Assembly: GCA_030141605.1 (NCBI GenBank)
Contig: JAQGDQ010000728.1
Location: 1 to 64,000 of the forward strand
Length of the DNA: 64,000 nucleotides
Direction of reading: 5' to 3'
DNA from: Tubiluchus corallicola
Lineage: Eukaryota; Animalia; Priapulida
Every line of letters begins with the position of its first letter. Position 1 is the first letter of the stretch. Shown here in pieces: positions 41,055 to 53,803 of this stretch. A program made the translations under genes and the position numbers. The notes under the pieces are model-generated. The model saw nothing but the letters and a program-made list of their open reading frames with translations. It made no database searches and had not been told where the DNA came from.

Positions 41055-41324
41055 GTGGGATGCCCACACTGTATCTCGACATTAGGCGGAGGAGCTGCAC
41101 AAGCAGCCAACGCATAGAGGGCGGAGGAGGTCAAGTGACCCAACGGCCATGTGTAGAGGAGTAAACCTTCCAAATCGGGAGTGGAGTCCCGAAGGTGGCC
41201 TGGAGACGTTCAAGGATCGCACTGCTCAGCCACAGTAGACGCTGCAGTTCCATCAATGTGATCAATAGCTGACTCTCTTGGCGCACATTCTATTGTCTTC
41301 CGAGACAGAAGGACGCCAACAACA
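40935..41324 (+). mobile_element. 5S rRNA-derived SINE (SINE3-type) with (CAA)n tail and ~11 bp TSD
   Basis: Full 5S-like head, ~270 bp body, ends ggacgccaacaaca. TSD attacgcaaaa (40924-40934) / attacgcagaa (41325-41335). Confidence 0.85.
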
Positions 41325-41749
41325 ATTACGCAGAAATAGTGTTTAAAAGTGTGTTTCTTGGTTTTTGCAGGGATTGCGATAAACCTATTTTAATTAGGGT
41401 AAGAGAATCTACCACGCCTTAGATACTCGTAGTCTTAGACAGATAAGAGAGACGTATCAACGTTTAACACGTATGTCTGAGACTGCAGGTTAATGCTTCC
41501 AGTAGAGGCTGGTAGCTAAAATTAGCGGGCCATTATTTTAATACTGTGTAAAACGAAACAAACATAATTATGTTGTAATTTTAATTTTAAACAAACAAGC
41601 ATATGAAAGTTTATATATAGACTTGGTAAAATCCTAAACAAAAAAATTATTTGTTTACTAGTAGCGTAAATTGTCACAGTTCAAGCTCGATCCATTCGCG
41701 GTAAGCACGTGAAAACTGTGTGATAGTGATAGTACTTTCTCTAGCTGGT

Positions 41750-41970
41750 CTCAGACGTGTGCATGGCCACATGTGCACAAGAACCAAACACCGCTGCGCA
41801 GGCGCGCACTGTTCTGGGCTGTGAAGCAAACAGTACTACCCTCACTTGCTCTTGTTCCGTAAGTATAAAGAAAGAACTAAAGAAAAAAGACTTATTCTAT
41901 TTAATATTATAATACCGAGTCAAAATAGGGGGGTACAGTTCCGCAGTACGTATACACGAGCCGCCACTGG
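41750..41970. mobile_element. Dispersed repeat with a hAT-like end (...GCCGCCACTG), second copy ~45205-45410
   Basis: Shared ctgggctgtgaagcaaacagtac...gtataaa...cagtac.tatacac.agcc..actgg; a similar terminus occurs at 54975-54986. Confidence 0.55.
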
Positions 41971-42396
41971 CTGCTTCTAAGGCACGGGTAGATTGTATCC
42001 CAGTTAAAACTTGATTGCAGTCCTTGCAAAACCAAACAACATCATCTACTCACAAATGCAAGCTACACAGTTACACAGAAACCCAAATAAAAACCAACAT
42101 CTTATTAACCACTTTCATGTAATTACCTAGTTAATGAGCTTAAATGCGTGACAATGTATTACTACATTAACGATACTTTAATGTAACCGAACTTGATCCT
42201 TGCAAACGTGCAATCTGCTCCTTGGCTTGCAAGGCCAAGAAACCCTTTTGAATCAATGTTAGCTGAAAAATCATAACAATCATCACAGGGATGAGAATTT
42301 TCCGAGTTTTTGAAAGACCAGTAGTGCCATTTTTGTAAATCGCGTAAATTCGTTGAGAAAATCTTTACGGACCCAGTACATTATTTCACAAGCTGA

Positions 42397-42410
42397 CCGC
42401 TAGGTGGCAG
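42397..42410 (+). promoter_or_regulatory. CTCF-like motif CCGCTAGGTGGCAG
   Basis: Matches the bilaterian CTCF core consensus CCRSYAGRKGGCRS; a single motif match only. Confidence 0.4.
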
Positions 42411-42903
42411 GCCGTCACTTTGTTTACATCACGTACATCAGTGTAGCCACGTGTTTATCTCTATGTATAAAAATATGAAATCAATTTTGCGGAGTTATTT
42501 GAGTCAATTGCAGACAGTTTTTATTTACTTTTGCATAGGAGCGGCCAGTACTTTGGCGTTTTTGAGACAATTAGGTATCATGTATCCTTGATAGTTGGAT
42601 ATTTTAAATTATGCATGAAACAAGGTAACTGATATTTTAAGTCCACTTAGAGGAGGCTCTCTATGGTCGCAAAATTGCAATTTGTCCCTGGCTCCAAAAC
42701 CCCCAGCCTGGTTCAGAGTTTTTTGCAATTTGTCATTCTCAGCCCTGAATCATCATTCTTGTCATCGCCGCATTCATGGTCATCGTCATCTGTCATCACT
42801 ATTGTTATTTACTACTGTTTATATACGTACCCACGCCTGCCACGTGCTGTTATGTAACGACATGGTCTCAGCCTCCCAAACCGATTCCTGCATGGTGTAT
42901 CGC

Positions 42904-43000
42904 ATGGCAAAGTTTCAATGCTGCTTCCTGAGCTGTAAGAATCGAATTAAAAATGCTGAAGCCTATAATAATGCTGGAATAAGCCTTTTTACAGTTTTGT
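42904..43000 (+). pseudogene. Truncated THAP zinc-finger N-terminus (likely DNA-transposon remnant)
   Basis: MAKFQCCFLSCKNRIKNAEAYNNAGISLFTV matches the THAP start M-x-CC-x3-C-x-N...ISFF; the downstream W/CxxH motifs are missing. Confidence 0.55.
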
Positions 43001-43299
43001 TGTGCGCATGCGCAGTTGCAAAGGTTAAGTGTACGCGTGTTACCTACAACCGTCACGTGACATATGGGTAAATCAAAGCTGTCTGTCGTATCAGTTCAGT
43101 TCTGTAACTTCAGTTGTTATACCTGCACTTTACTTAATTGTGCATTAGCCTGAGCGTAGAGCGATTTACTAGGATGATCTTGCCTGAGAACAAGAAAAAA
43201 TGAACTAGGTAAGGTTCTAGCTAGCTGTTGAAACTGTTACTATTACAATAGCATGGGCTGCAAGGCATTGTCAAGTGTACACAAATGCATTGTCTGGTA

Positions 43300-43323
43300 C
43301 ATCATCATCATTATCATCATCAC

Positions 43324-43363
<40 letters not shown>

Positions 43364-43392
43364 GTCATCATCATCATCGTCATCATCATCAT
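43300..43392. repeat. (CAT)n microsatellite
   Basis: Direct reading. Confidence 0.95.
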
Positions 43393-44145
43393 ACGACCGT
43401 CACGTCTATTGTAGACATTTGGCAGGCAGATTTCTAAAATAAAAGAAATCTGCCTTCAGACAGGTAAACGCAGCAGTAATCCAGCAAAAAACTAGACACT
43501 GCTACGCCAGTGGCTTGTCAGCACCACTTCTGTTACACTTAACTTTTGACGTTTTCACGATCATCATCAATCGTTGGAATTGTGAAAAGGCTTATTACTG
43601 CATAGTAAAAACACAAAATTCGATTCAATCTATTTTATTTCCTCAACATTCGTTTCGCGTTACAATGTGTACATAGAAGTAGCAAATTTCAATATTTGAG
43701 CAGGAGCAGCGGAATGCCCATAAGTCACTAACTCAGCTGCTCATTTCGACAACAGAATTTTTTCTTAATAGACACAAACTTTTACGTAATAAGATCATGT
43801 GCATTAGTTTTTGAAAGGAAACGAGCTAGATTAGTTGCACTGAAGATACTTGGCTTTACGAGAATTAAAAAAAATCAGAATTGAATTAAAATTACGATGG
43901 ATAATTACAGAATATTGAAGTACTAGATTAGAACGTTAAAACAATAACAGCAGATTACAACTAGTCTGTCGTGGAAGAGTTCAAAAAACAGAAACCATAA
44001 GCAGAAACATATATACTATAAACTGCAGGCAACAGTAATACAAACAAGTACGATGAAAAAGCAAATAAAAAATAGCAAAGCTGAAATATCTTATACCTAA
44101 CGGTCCAAAGGCAAACAAGAAAACAGCTTAAATCAAAGCTACATA

Positions 44146-44481
<336 letters not shown>

Positions 44482-45005
44482 CTTGCATGATTGATGCTTA
44501 TTACAGAACAAGGCAGTTTGATATTATTATTTATTAAACTTTGTCAGATAGCCTGTAGTCAAATCAAGAATACAAATGAAGCCCGATTAGCTAGTGCTTC
44601 AATATATAATTTTGTAAACATAAATGCCCAATAAAAATTTAACATAATTATAGCACAGCGTTGTTGCAAAAATAATAAAGCGAATTCAGCCTTTAGTAGC
44701 TCCTAACTACATATTTTTATGAGAACTAAGCTTAAATGAATTGCTCTTTCCTCCTCTTTCCAAAGAGCTAAAGTACTCCCTCCAATACCTTCATGAAATA
44801 CCTCGTATAATGCTCCAGCATAATTCTGACAAAAACTAGTGAGTACAAGTGTGAAGTTCAAGAGAAAAACGATTATGGAGTGTCATACGCTTTCAATAAA
44901 ATCGAAATAAAGTCTCAACACCTAATGCAAACCTGCTGGCACATCAACAAAGACATTTTGCTTTTTTACCTTTTTCAACAATTATGGTTCTGAAAATGCA
45001 CTTAC

Positions 45006-47351
45006 TCGCAGAATGCACCACTAGGAAGACATTCACGTACTCTGGTCACTGTACCTTCACCTCCGCAAGGTTTACAGGCGGAGTAATGCCACACTGACCA
45101 CTGACCTAAACAACAGAGAAATTATATAACACACACACGTGGCAATTGTTACTGTGATAGACATAGTACATTTCTACCTAGCAGCAGCGCTAGCGTACAT
45201 CGTGTTATCACAGACATGTGCACATAGCCGCATGCGCATAACAGCCAAACGCCACGTTGCTTGGGCTGTGAAGCAAACAGTACCACCTTCACGTGCTCTG
45301 GTGCTGTACAAGTATAAAAAAAACTAAGGAAAAAATTGAATATTGCCAATAAGAATGAGCGAAAACAGGTGGCGCTGCAGTACCACAGTACCTATACACA
45401 AGCCACTGGGAAGGCATTATTTTTGAACACACACACACACACACACACACGCGCGCGAATGCGCGCACACACACACACACACACACGTGTGTGTGTCATC
45501 TTTATTCGCATTATAATTTTTATTAGAAACAATTACAATGCATTTAATTAGTAACAACTTGAACATATAACTATATTAACATGGAAGTTAGTAGTTGAAA
45601 TGCATGAACATATAAAAGTGTTAAAAGCTTATGTAACATGTATTCTATTTCACTGTTATTAAAACCAGGTATATGGTTCTCAACATGACGACTCCAGCAT
45701 ATTATAAATTTCAGATAAATTCAGATTAGAAACATGTATTGCATCGGCAAGAGCATTTTTTCAAAAATCTAATAAATCTATAATTACACGGCAATGCACA
45801 ATAACATACGACTCGTCTTAGTACAAGCATTATCACACTTGCGTACGGTATTTTCCTGAGGAATGGGTAGCCTAGCCCACCTACCAGTGTCCACCCTTAC
45901 TTACAATAAGGAGGGACATAAAGCGCACTGTAATGTATGCGCTCAAACCAAAGTTGCGTTCCCATATCTATGTTAGTTTATTCTGCAAAATACAGATTTT
46001 CTGTAGTTTACAATTACTATCTCTACAAAACTACTGAAATAAGTGCTAGAAAATAAGTGCTACAGATTATTACGTTACACTAAGAAGCTAAGATGCATAC
46101 ATACATTGTTGGTCCAATTTTGACTCGAGAAAAAGCCAGCATGTCAGTAAAAGGTAGCAGTATAATTATAAGTCAAATTTCAAATGTAACAGAGACGTGT
46201 GTACATAACAAGTTCCACCTTTACATTGTAAGAGTAGAAAAAGTAGTCTAGCTTGTTGAACTAAAGTCTAATATATTGTGGCTTCTAATGCATATACTAC
46301 CTTGAAAAGGGGTAATGAACCAAAACATTGTTACCTGCAACAAGCATATCTACAAAAACTTTTCTTATAATAATAATTACGTTTTCCTTGTTCTCATGGC
46401 ATTTCTGAATAAACATGTTATTATAAATACAAAAATTCTTGAAATATCACCTTCAGCTTCAGTTTGACCATAATCCTCTGGCGTTGTTTGATAAATGCGG
46501 GTAGTTGCTGTACTGCCGTCATCAGTAACCTTGGTTACAGTGGACCCATCGTCAGATACTGTGGTGCCATCTGTGGTGCTCGGTTCTGAACTTCCAGGTT
46601 CAGTACTGTCTGTGGTCATATCTGTGGTGGCAACTGAACTTTGGTCAGAGATTGTGATATCTGTTGTAACATCAGTAGTAAGGTCTGTTGTAACATCAGT
46701 AGTAAGGTCTGTTGTAAGGTCAGTTGTAAGGTCTGTTGTAAGGTCTGTTGTAAGATCAGTTGTAAGGTCTGTTGTAACATCTGTGCTGGCCGTCTGCGCA
46801 CTTACATGTTTCTTAACTAAAAGAAGAAATGAAAGATTATTACTAGGTAAATATGACTAACTATCTATTTTATGACTGATAAATATGTTGCAAGACAGAT
46901 TAGTAAGTTCAGTGTAGTTAGTTGTTAATTCTAAATAGCTCTTATAGTTTTAGTAGGTTTTAAAAGTTTATGAATAATTGCAGTAAAGGTTGTGCAATAT
47001 AGTTTATTCTGATTAAGTATGTACGTGATCGGGATTAGGGTTAGGGTTGGGGTTATGGTTACGGATAGGGTTAACATTAGGGTTAGGGATAACGTTAGGG
47101 TTAGGGTTACGGATAAGGTGTGGGGTAGGGTTAGGGATAACGTTAGGGTTAGGATTAGGGTTACGGATAAGGTGTGGGTTAGGGTTAGGGATAACGTTAG
47201 GGTTAGGATTAGGGTTGTGGTTATGATTACGGATAGGGTTAGGCTTAGGGTATTTAAATTGTGCTGGAATTGTAATTATATTTTTCATTTTAATACCTGA
47301 CAGAACGACGTATAAGATTAAACCAACGATGACAAACTGTTTTCTTTTCAT
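45006..47351 (-). CDS. Secreted/surface protein: signal peptide + Thr/Asp-rich mucin-like repeat + thrombospondin type-1 repeat (5' part; downstream exons not resolved)
   Basis: Phase-consistent exons 47351-47297 ([18 protein letters not shown]), 46816-46451 ([22 protein letters not shown]...), 45105-45006 ([33 protein letters not shown], with TSP1 WSxW/CG/RxRxC). Probable 5' UTR exon at 47608-47513. Confidence 0.75.
47030..47251 (+). repeat. Interstitial telomere-like (TTAGGG) degenerate tract in intron 1 of the TSP1 gene
   Basis: Many TTAGGG units with a ~60 bp higher-order repeat (ggataacgttagggttagg...ggataaggtgtggg). Confidence 0.85.
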
Positions 47352-47724
47352 GATTTGGTCATCAATCAAAGTCTGCAGAAAAAACGACAAGCAACATTAT
47401 TTCTAAAATAAACAACGCATATAAACACAATTAATAATATAAGTTAATGAAAGCTAAGCAAAATATTTGTTCATAAATTACACTGATAATCAATAATACG
47501 CAAATATTTTACCTAGTGCCTTGCCGAAAGACCATTAACAAAGTAATTCGCTGATATAAAGTTATAAATAAGAATTGCAAGCAAGAGTATAATTCCCCAA
47601 AAAGGAACCTGAAACTAATTCGAAACTAATACATTGCAAAATGTATAAATTACTAACAATTTTTCTTCCATTTTTCAAGTGAGAGTGCTGCTAGCTCTCA
47701 TAAACTTACTTTACGAATTTCCTT

Positions 47725-47900
47725 GTGCCACTTTTACCTGACATTTTATCTGTGCCATTTTTACCTCACATTTTACACGTGCCACTTTTACCTGACACTT
47801 TACATGTGCCATTTTTACCTGACATTTTGCATGTGCCATTTTACCTGACATTTTACATGTGCACTTTTTACCTGACATTTTACATGTGCCATTTTTACCG
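47725..47900. repeat. ~27 bp minisatellite, ~6.5 copies
   Basis: Unit gtgccacttttacctgacattttacat. Confidence 0.9.
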
Positions 47901-48299
47901 TCTACTGATGAGTACTTAAAGGTTATCAGTTGCTCAAAAACTCAAGTGACATTGACGCCTTATTATGTGGTTCGCAAAATCCTCAATTTATACACATTAG
48001 AGATGTTGTCATCTGCATATTTTAACTGTACAAAACATTTTATCCCACTTTAAAGGCACCGTGCATGATAAAAGAACGCGAACAGGATAAGTGCAAAATC
48101 AAGAAAAAGCTGAATTTGCACTCAAAGCATTCTCTTTTCTTCTTACCGATTAGCTTTAAGTTTTGGAACAGTTAAGCCTGAAAGTGTTAAACAAGTCAGG
48201 TGTACATAGAGGTTTATATAAAAACAATTTGTAGAGATGATATGTTAATGTACAATGTAATTTTCTTGCGAACGCCGTCTTAGTTTATGAAGACAAAAT

Positions 48300-49800
48300 T
48301 AAAAGTAAAATAAATACAAATGTTAGTAAAGTTAATAAAGGAAAAACTGAAATGAATACGATACTTAGTAAGGTTAATAAAATAAAAACTGAAGTAAATA
48401 CAAAACTTAGCAAGGTTAGTAAAATAAAAACTGAAATGAATACAAAACTTAGTAAGGTTAAGAAAATAAAAACTGAAATGAATACAAAACTTAGTAAGGT
48501 TAAGAAAATAAAAACTGAAATGAATACAAAACTTAGTAAGGTTAGTAAAATAAAAACTGAAATGAATACAAAACTTAGTAAGGTTAAGAAAATAAAAACT
48601 GAAATGAGTACAAAACTTAGCAAGGTCAGTAAAATAAAAACTGAAATGAATACAAAACTTAGTAAGGTTAAGAAAATAAAAACTGAAATGAATACAAAAC
48701 TTAGCAAGGTTAGTAAAATAAAAACTGAAATGAATACAAAACTTAGTAAGGTTAAGAAAATAAAAACTGAAATGAGTACAAAACTTAGCAAGGTTAATAA
48801 AATAAAAACTGAAATGACTGCAAAACTTAGTAAAGTTAATAAAATAAAAACTGAAGTACTACAAAACTTAGTAAGGTTAGTAAAATAAAAACTGAAATGA
48901 ATACAAAACTTAGTAAGGTTAATAAAATAAAAACTGAAATGAACACAAAACTTAGTAAGGTTAATAAAATAAAAACTGAAATGAGTACAAAACTTAGTAA
49001 GGTTAGTAAAATAAAAACTGAAATGAATACAAAACTTAGTAAGGTTAATAAAATAAAAACTGAAGTACTACAAAACTTAGTAAGGTTAATAAAATAAAAA
49101 CTGAAATGAATACAAAACTTAGTAAGGTTAAGAAAATAAAAACTGAAATGAATACAAAACTTAGTAAGGTTAGTAAAATAAAAACTGAAATGAATACAAA
49201 ACTTAGTAAGGTTAAGAAAATAAAAACTGAAATGAATACAAAACTTAGTAAGGTTAATAAAATAAAAACTGAAATGAATACAAAACTTAGTAAGGTTAAT
49301 AAAATAAAAACTGAAATGAGTACAAAATTTAGCAAGGTTAATAAAATAAAAACTGAAATGACTGCAAAACTTAGTAAAGTTAATAAAATAAAAACTGAAG
49401 TACTACAAAACTTAGTAAGGTTAGTAAAATAAAAACTGAAATGAATACAAAACTTAGTAAGGTTAGTAAAATAAAAACTGAAATGAATACAAAACTTAGT
49501 AAGGTTAGTAAAATAAAAACTGAAATGAATACAAAACTTAGTAAGGTTAAGAAAATAAAAACTGAAATGAATACAAAACTTAGCAAGGTTAATAAAATAA
49601 AAACTGAAATGAATACAAAACTTAGTAACGTTAAGAAAATAAAAACTGAAATGAATACAAAACTTAGCAAGGTTAATAAAATTAAAACTGAAATGACTGC
49701 AAAACTTAGTAAGGTTAGTAAAATTAAAACTGAAATGACTACAAAACTTAGCAAGGTTAATAAAATAAAAACTCAAATAAACACAAAACTTATTAATCAA
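48300..49800. repeat. 42 bp AT-rich satellite, ~35 copies
   Basis: Unit aaaataaaaactgaaatgaatacaaaacttagtaaggttaat; occasional shorter gaagtacta variants shift the frame. Confidence 0.95.
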
Positions 49801-50795
49801 ATAAAAATTGAAAGTTTATTACCAACTACATAGTGACTTACCTATTTACCTTCAACGTTTTTTTCAAAAGACTGATGCAAGACGGACGCGTTCACATGAT
49901 TTTATACTAACCTTCCACTTTTGTATGTCTAGCCTACATGCCAGTATCGTGAAAATATTTACAAAATAATAAACGTTTAGTCACTACATGCCAAGTGAAA
50001 TAAGTAAACATTAATAAAAACAGTTTAAACGTCCTAGTTAGGCCTACACTATAGCTATTCGTTTTTTTTCTGTTTGTCTGTTTGTTCTTCCTGGCTAATT
50101 TAAGAACATTTTTGCGGAACTTCGCCGTTTAGGTATAGGATTAAGTTTGTCGGGCAAAGATGTGCATGTCATTAAATCAGTAAGTTACATACGTGATTAT
50201 GAAATTATTATGGATTCATATTTTAGTGTAGGAATAGCATAATTAGCTTTCGTATGTATAAGTTACAAGTTATAAGTTTATTTATTTCCACTCTGCATCT
50301 AACAGTTATAATAAATATACAGATAATTTCCCACTGAAGTAAATATAAATATAAATACAGTATTATCCAGAAATTACAAGAGATTCTTATGCAGCCTATA
50401 CAAGTGCAAATTACATTACAGAATAATTTTGATGCATACAGTTTGAGCCTAAAAGCATAGCTTGACAGGCCAAACTGTACGTGGAAATCTTAAAGAAATG
50501 ATTAATAATTGAAATAATAATAATATATACATAAAAGTGGGGGTGAATGAAAGATGAAATGGAGCGAGAACTAAGAAAAACTGTTATCATGATTATAAAG
50601 TGTTCAGTAACCTGTTGAGCATAGTCACGTTTTATTAAAATTACTGTAGAAAAAGAATGCAGGTGATTACCATTATCAAACGGTGTTACTCTCAATACCT
50701 TTGAAATATTTCTTTTCTGACGGTTTTTTTTTAATCCAATGTGCTTTGCGGTCTGAGATGAACTCCATATCCAATGAAGCAAAATGAACTCCTGT

Positions 50796-51021
50796 ATAAT
50801 GCCACGCGTGCCATTTTGGCCGCCAATATTGGGAAGCTGATCTATACTGACATAATGCCACGCGTGCCATTTTGGCCGCCAATATTGGGAAGCTGATCTA
50901 AACTGACATAATGCCACGCATGCCATTTTGGCCGCCAATATTGGGAAGCTGATCTAAACTGACATAATGCCACGCATGCCATTTTGGCCGCCGATATTTG
51001 GAAGCTGATCTAAACTGGCAT
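50796..51021. repeat. 56 bp GC-richer tandem repeat, 4 copies
   Basis: Unit cataatgccacgcgtgccattttggccgccaatattgggaagctgatctaaactga at ~50795, 50851, 50907, 50963. Confidence 0.95.
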
Positions 51022-51214
51022 AGCCCAAAAATTACCTAAGAGCCGGCCGTGCAACCACATTTGTGGTATGCTATAGTACACGGAGTGCATAATTTTTTAA
51101 TACATTTTGACTGCTATTTGGGTTGCCTTAACCACTCTGCCACCCGTACTGACCCAAAAGAGCTCTCATACTTTGTGTATTGAAAGAGGGAGGTACGTTC
51201 AACGTAGAAAAATC

Positions 51215-51515
51215 CAGGCTGAGAATCGTATAATTATGCTCATACTATTTAAGAATTGAAATCGAAGACGAATTACACTTTGTTATAAAATGCTCATATT
51301 AGAATGATCTTAGAGAAAATTATATAATCAATGTAATTAAAACCAGAATTTTTCTTAATAGAAGATGCTGATAAATTTTTCTTCTTGATGGGAAGTAATG
51401 ATTTAGAAGTAATTAAGATATTTATTGATTATGTTGAAAAAGTGTTTTTAAGACATGATGAACAATGTACTATGTAATGATCTTATCATTGAAAATGAGG
51501 CCTAATAAATGACGA
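51215..51515 (+). mobile_element. Decayed LINE ORF2 C-terminus and 3' end
   Basis: EIEDELHFVIKCSY*NDLRENYI matches the EDExHFxxxCxxYxxLR C-terminal motif, followed by AATAAA. Confidence 0.6.
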
Positions 51516-51640
51516 TTTATTTTAAATATTAAATCATTAAACTTTTCATTTAAATAACTAACAGGAAGATTTCATAATATTTGTTTTATCAGTAATTGTT
51601 TTGTTTGTCTGCAGTGCCATTATATTTGAAAAGAATGAGA

Positions 51641-51673
<33 letters not shown>

Positions 51674-52132
51674 GGTGGTGTTGGTGGTTGTTGTTGTTGT
51701 TGTTGTTGTTGTCGTCGTCGTCGTCGTCGTTGTTGTTGTATTATTTTATTTCTTGTATTGTATGTATTTTTGACACTAACAAATATAAATATGAATACAT
51801 ATAGATTCTGCACTCAAACACAGTTCTTGGTGTGATGTGGACAGTTCATGTAGATTATAACGTATAAAACAAATGTGTATAATTTCCCGAATCTCTTTTA
51901 TTTGCAGAAAATGGTTAAAATCTCGGAAAAATCCAAATTCAGTTTAAACCACTTTCAAATCACTTACGCATCTTTGTGTTAAGCTTTTGCTTCTGTAAAT
52001 TACAACAATTAATATATTTACGCGTATTTATCTGTTGTAAAAATACCCTAGCTGATTGCGTTTTTAAATCTGTTTGATATAAAGATAAAAATGATAAAAA
52101 ATAATAAATCATCGTCATCATCACGTTTCTCG

Positions 52133-53501
52133 TTAACAGTTTGTTTTGCGTTCAAAGATTTTTGATCTGATGGCACGAAGTTTTGAATGGCTGCGCTTCC
52201 TTTCAGCTAGATGGTCCTTCGACTTTTCGTTTGTCATTCTAGATGCTTCTGCCATTTCTTCCAGACGTCGGAGTTCCTCTGACTCATATATGTTCTTAAC
52301 ATGTATAGGTGATTTCTCGCTGCTTCCGGAGCTGTTGCTGATGATATCGTCTTGATGCTGAGGTTGTTTGTCTTTCTGTCCTTGTGCCATGGACATCATT
52401 TCTTCAAACTCCAATCTGCTGTACACATTAGCACTAGCACGTCTGTCGTAGGCTGCCCAATAAAACTGATCAGGCTGAGTTTTCGGTTTGGATTCACTGA
52501 CATCAGATACGCTAGAAAGAGGTGCTTCCTCGATGGCGTTCCCTACCGGTGATCCTTCACACGTAGCTTCCTCAACTGCGTCTCCTGCATTCATACGTGC
52601 CCGCCTTGGAATCTCTATAGGTACGATGTCTTCTGACAGAGAAGACAAGGTCGACCTTCTCTCGCCAGAACCAAACTGCTTCTTCTGCATCAAGAGTGCC
52701 GGAGCATTTGGTGGCAATGGTGCATCGTTAATGTCTGTCTTCTTTTCTGGAACTGTTTTCGCTGTGTCGCTTTTAACTTTCACTGATGTCAAGCTCAACT
52801 TCAACGTTTCAACAGTGGATTTGCTTTCGATTTTGTTTATTTCCACGTCACTTTTCACTCCGCCGAGCTCAGTTGTGTCACTGGCTTCAAGAGATACGTT
52901 GGCATTGTCTTTTCTGTCTTGCGTAACGTCAAACTCAGGTGTTTTTTCAGCGTGGTTGACTTTAGCATCGTACGCTTCAGCAGCTGCAATGACGTCATAG
53001 GAATCAATACCCTTGTTGCATAAAATCGATATTTCATCGGGATCAGGTTTTTCTGCATTTTCAAACTCTTTCTCGTTTTCTTTTAAAGGGTCTTCTATTT
53101 CTCGAGTTATCACATCTTCTAGACACTCATCTACAAAGATGTAACTTGAGCTTATTGCACAACAGTTGTTCTCGTTTAAATTCTTTTTCATGTTTTGATC
53201 CGTGCACGTAGTTGGTTCAGTAGCTGCTTGAGTGAAATCAGAATTATGCTTTTGTTCATTCCGAAAAACTGGTTCATCTGACACCTGAAAGAGAAAGAGA
53301 ATTACGTTGTTATGCTTATTTTTCAACTCACAGTAACTTCGGAGTAAACAAATCAATGTACTTGAAAAGAGGGTTTCTGAATATAACAGCTCTAGTTGCT
53401 GTTGCTGTAACTTTGGTAGTCATCGTCGTCGTCGTCCTCGTTGCTCTTGTTGTTGTAGTTGTTGTTGTTGTTGTTGTTGTTGTTGTTGCTGCTGCTGCTA
53501 C

Positions 53502-53546
<45 letters not shown>

Positions 53547-53675
53547 AACTTTGGTTGTCGTCGTCATCGTCGTTGCTATTGTTGTTGTTGTTGTCGTTGT
53601 TGTTGTTGCTCTCGTTGCTGTCGTTGTTGTAGTTGTTGTCATTGTTGTCGTTGTTGTCGTTGTTGTCGTTGTTGT

Positions 53676-53712
<37 letters not shown>

Positions 53713-53772
53713 GATGCTGCTGCTGCTGTTGCTGTTGCTGTAACTTTGTTGTTGTTGTTGGTGTTGCTATTG

Positions 53773-53803
<31 letters not shown>

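Noticed and set aside
41025-41120. HDV-like ribozyme in the SINE
   Set aside because: P1- and P4-like pairings exist but no contiguous P2/P3/P1.1 could be built in this copy.
48285-49833. KTEMNTKLSKV repeat protein / hydrophobic antisense ORFs
   Set aside because: A 42 bp satellite whose shorter variant units shift the frame repeatedly; no coding constraint.
52488-53000. Plus-strand 170 aa ORF
   Set aside because: Antisense to the 383 aa terminal exon.
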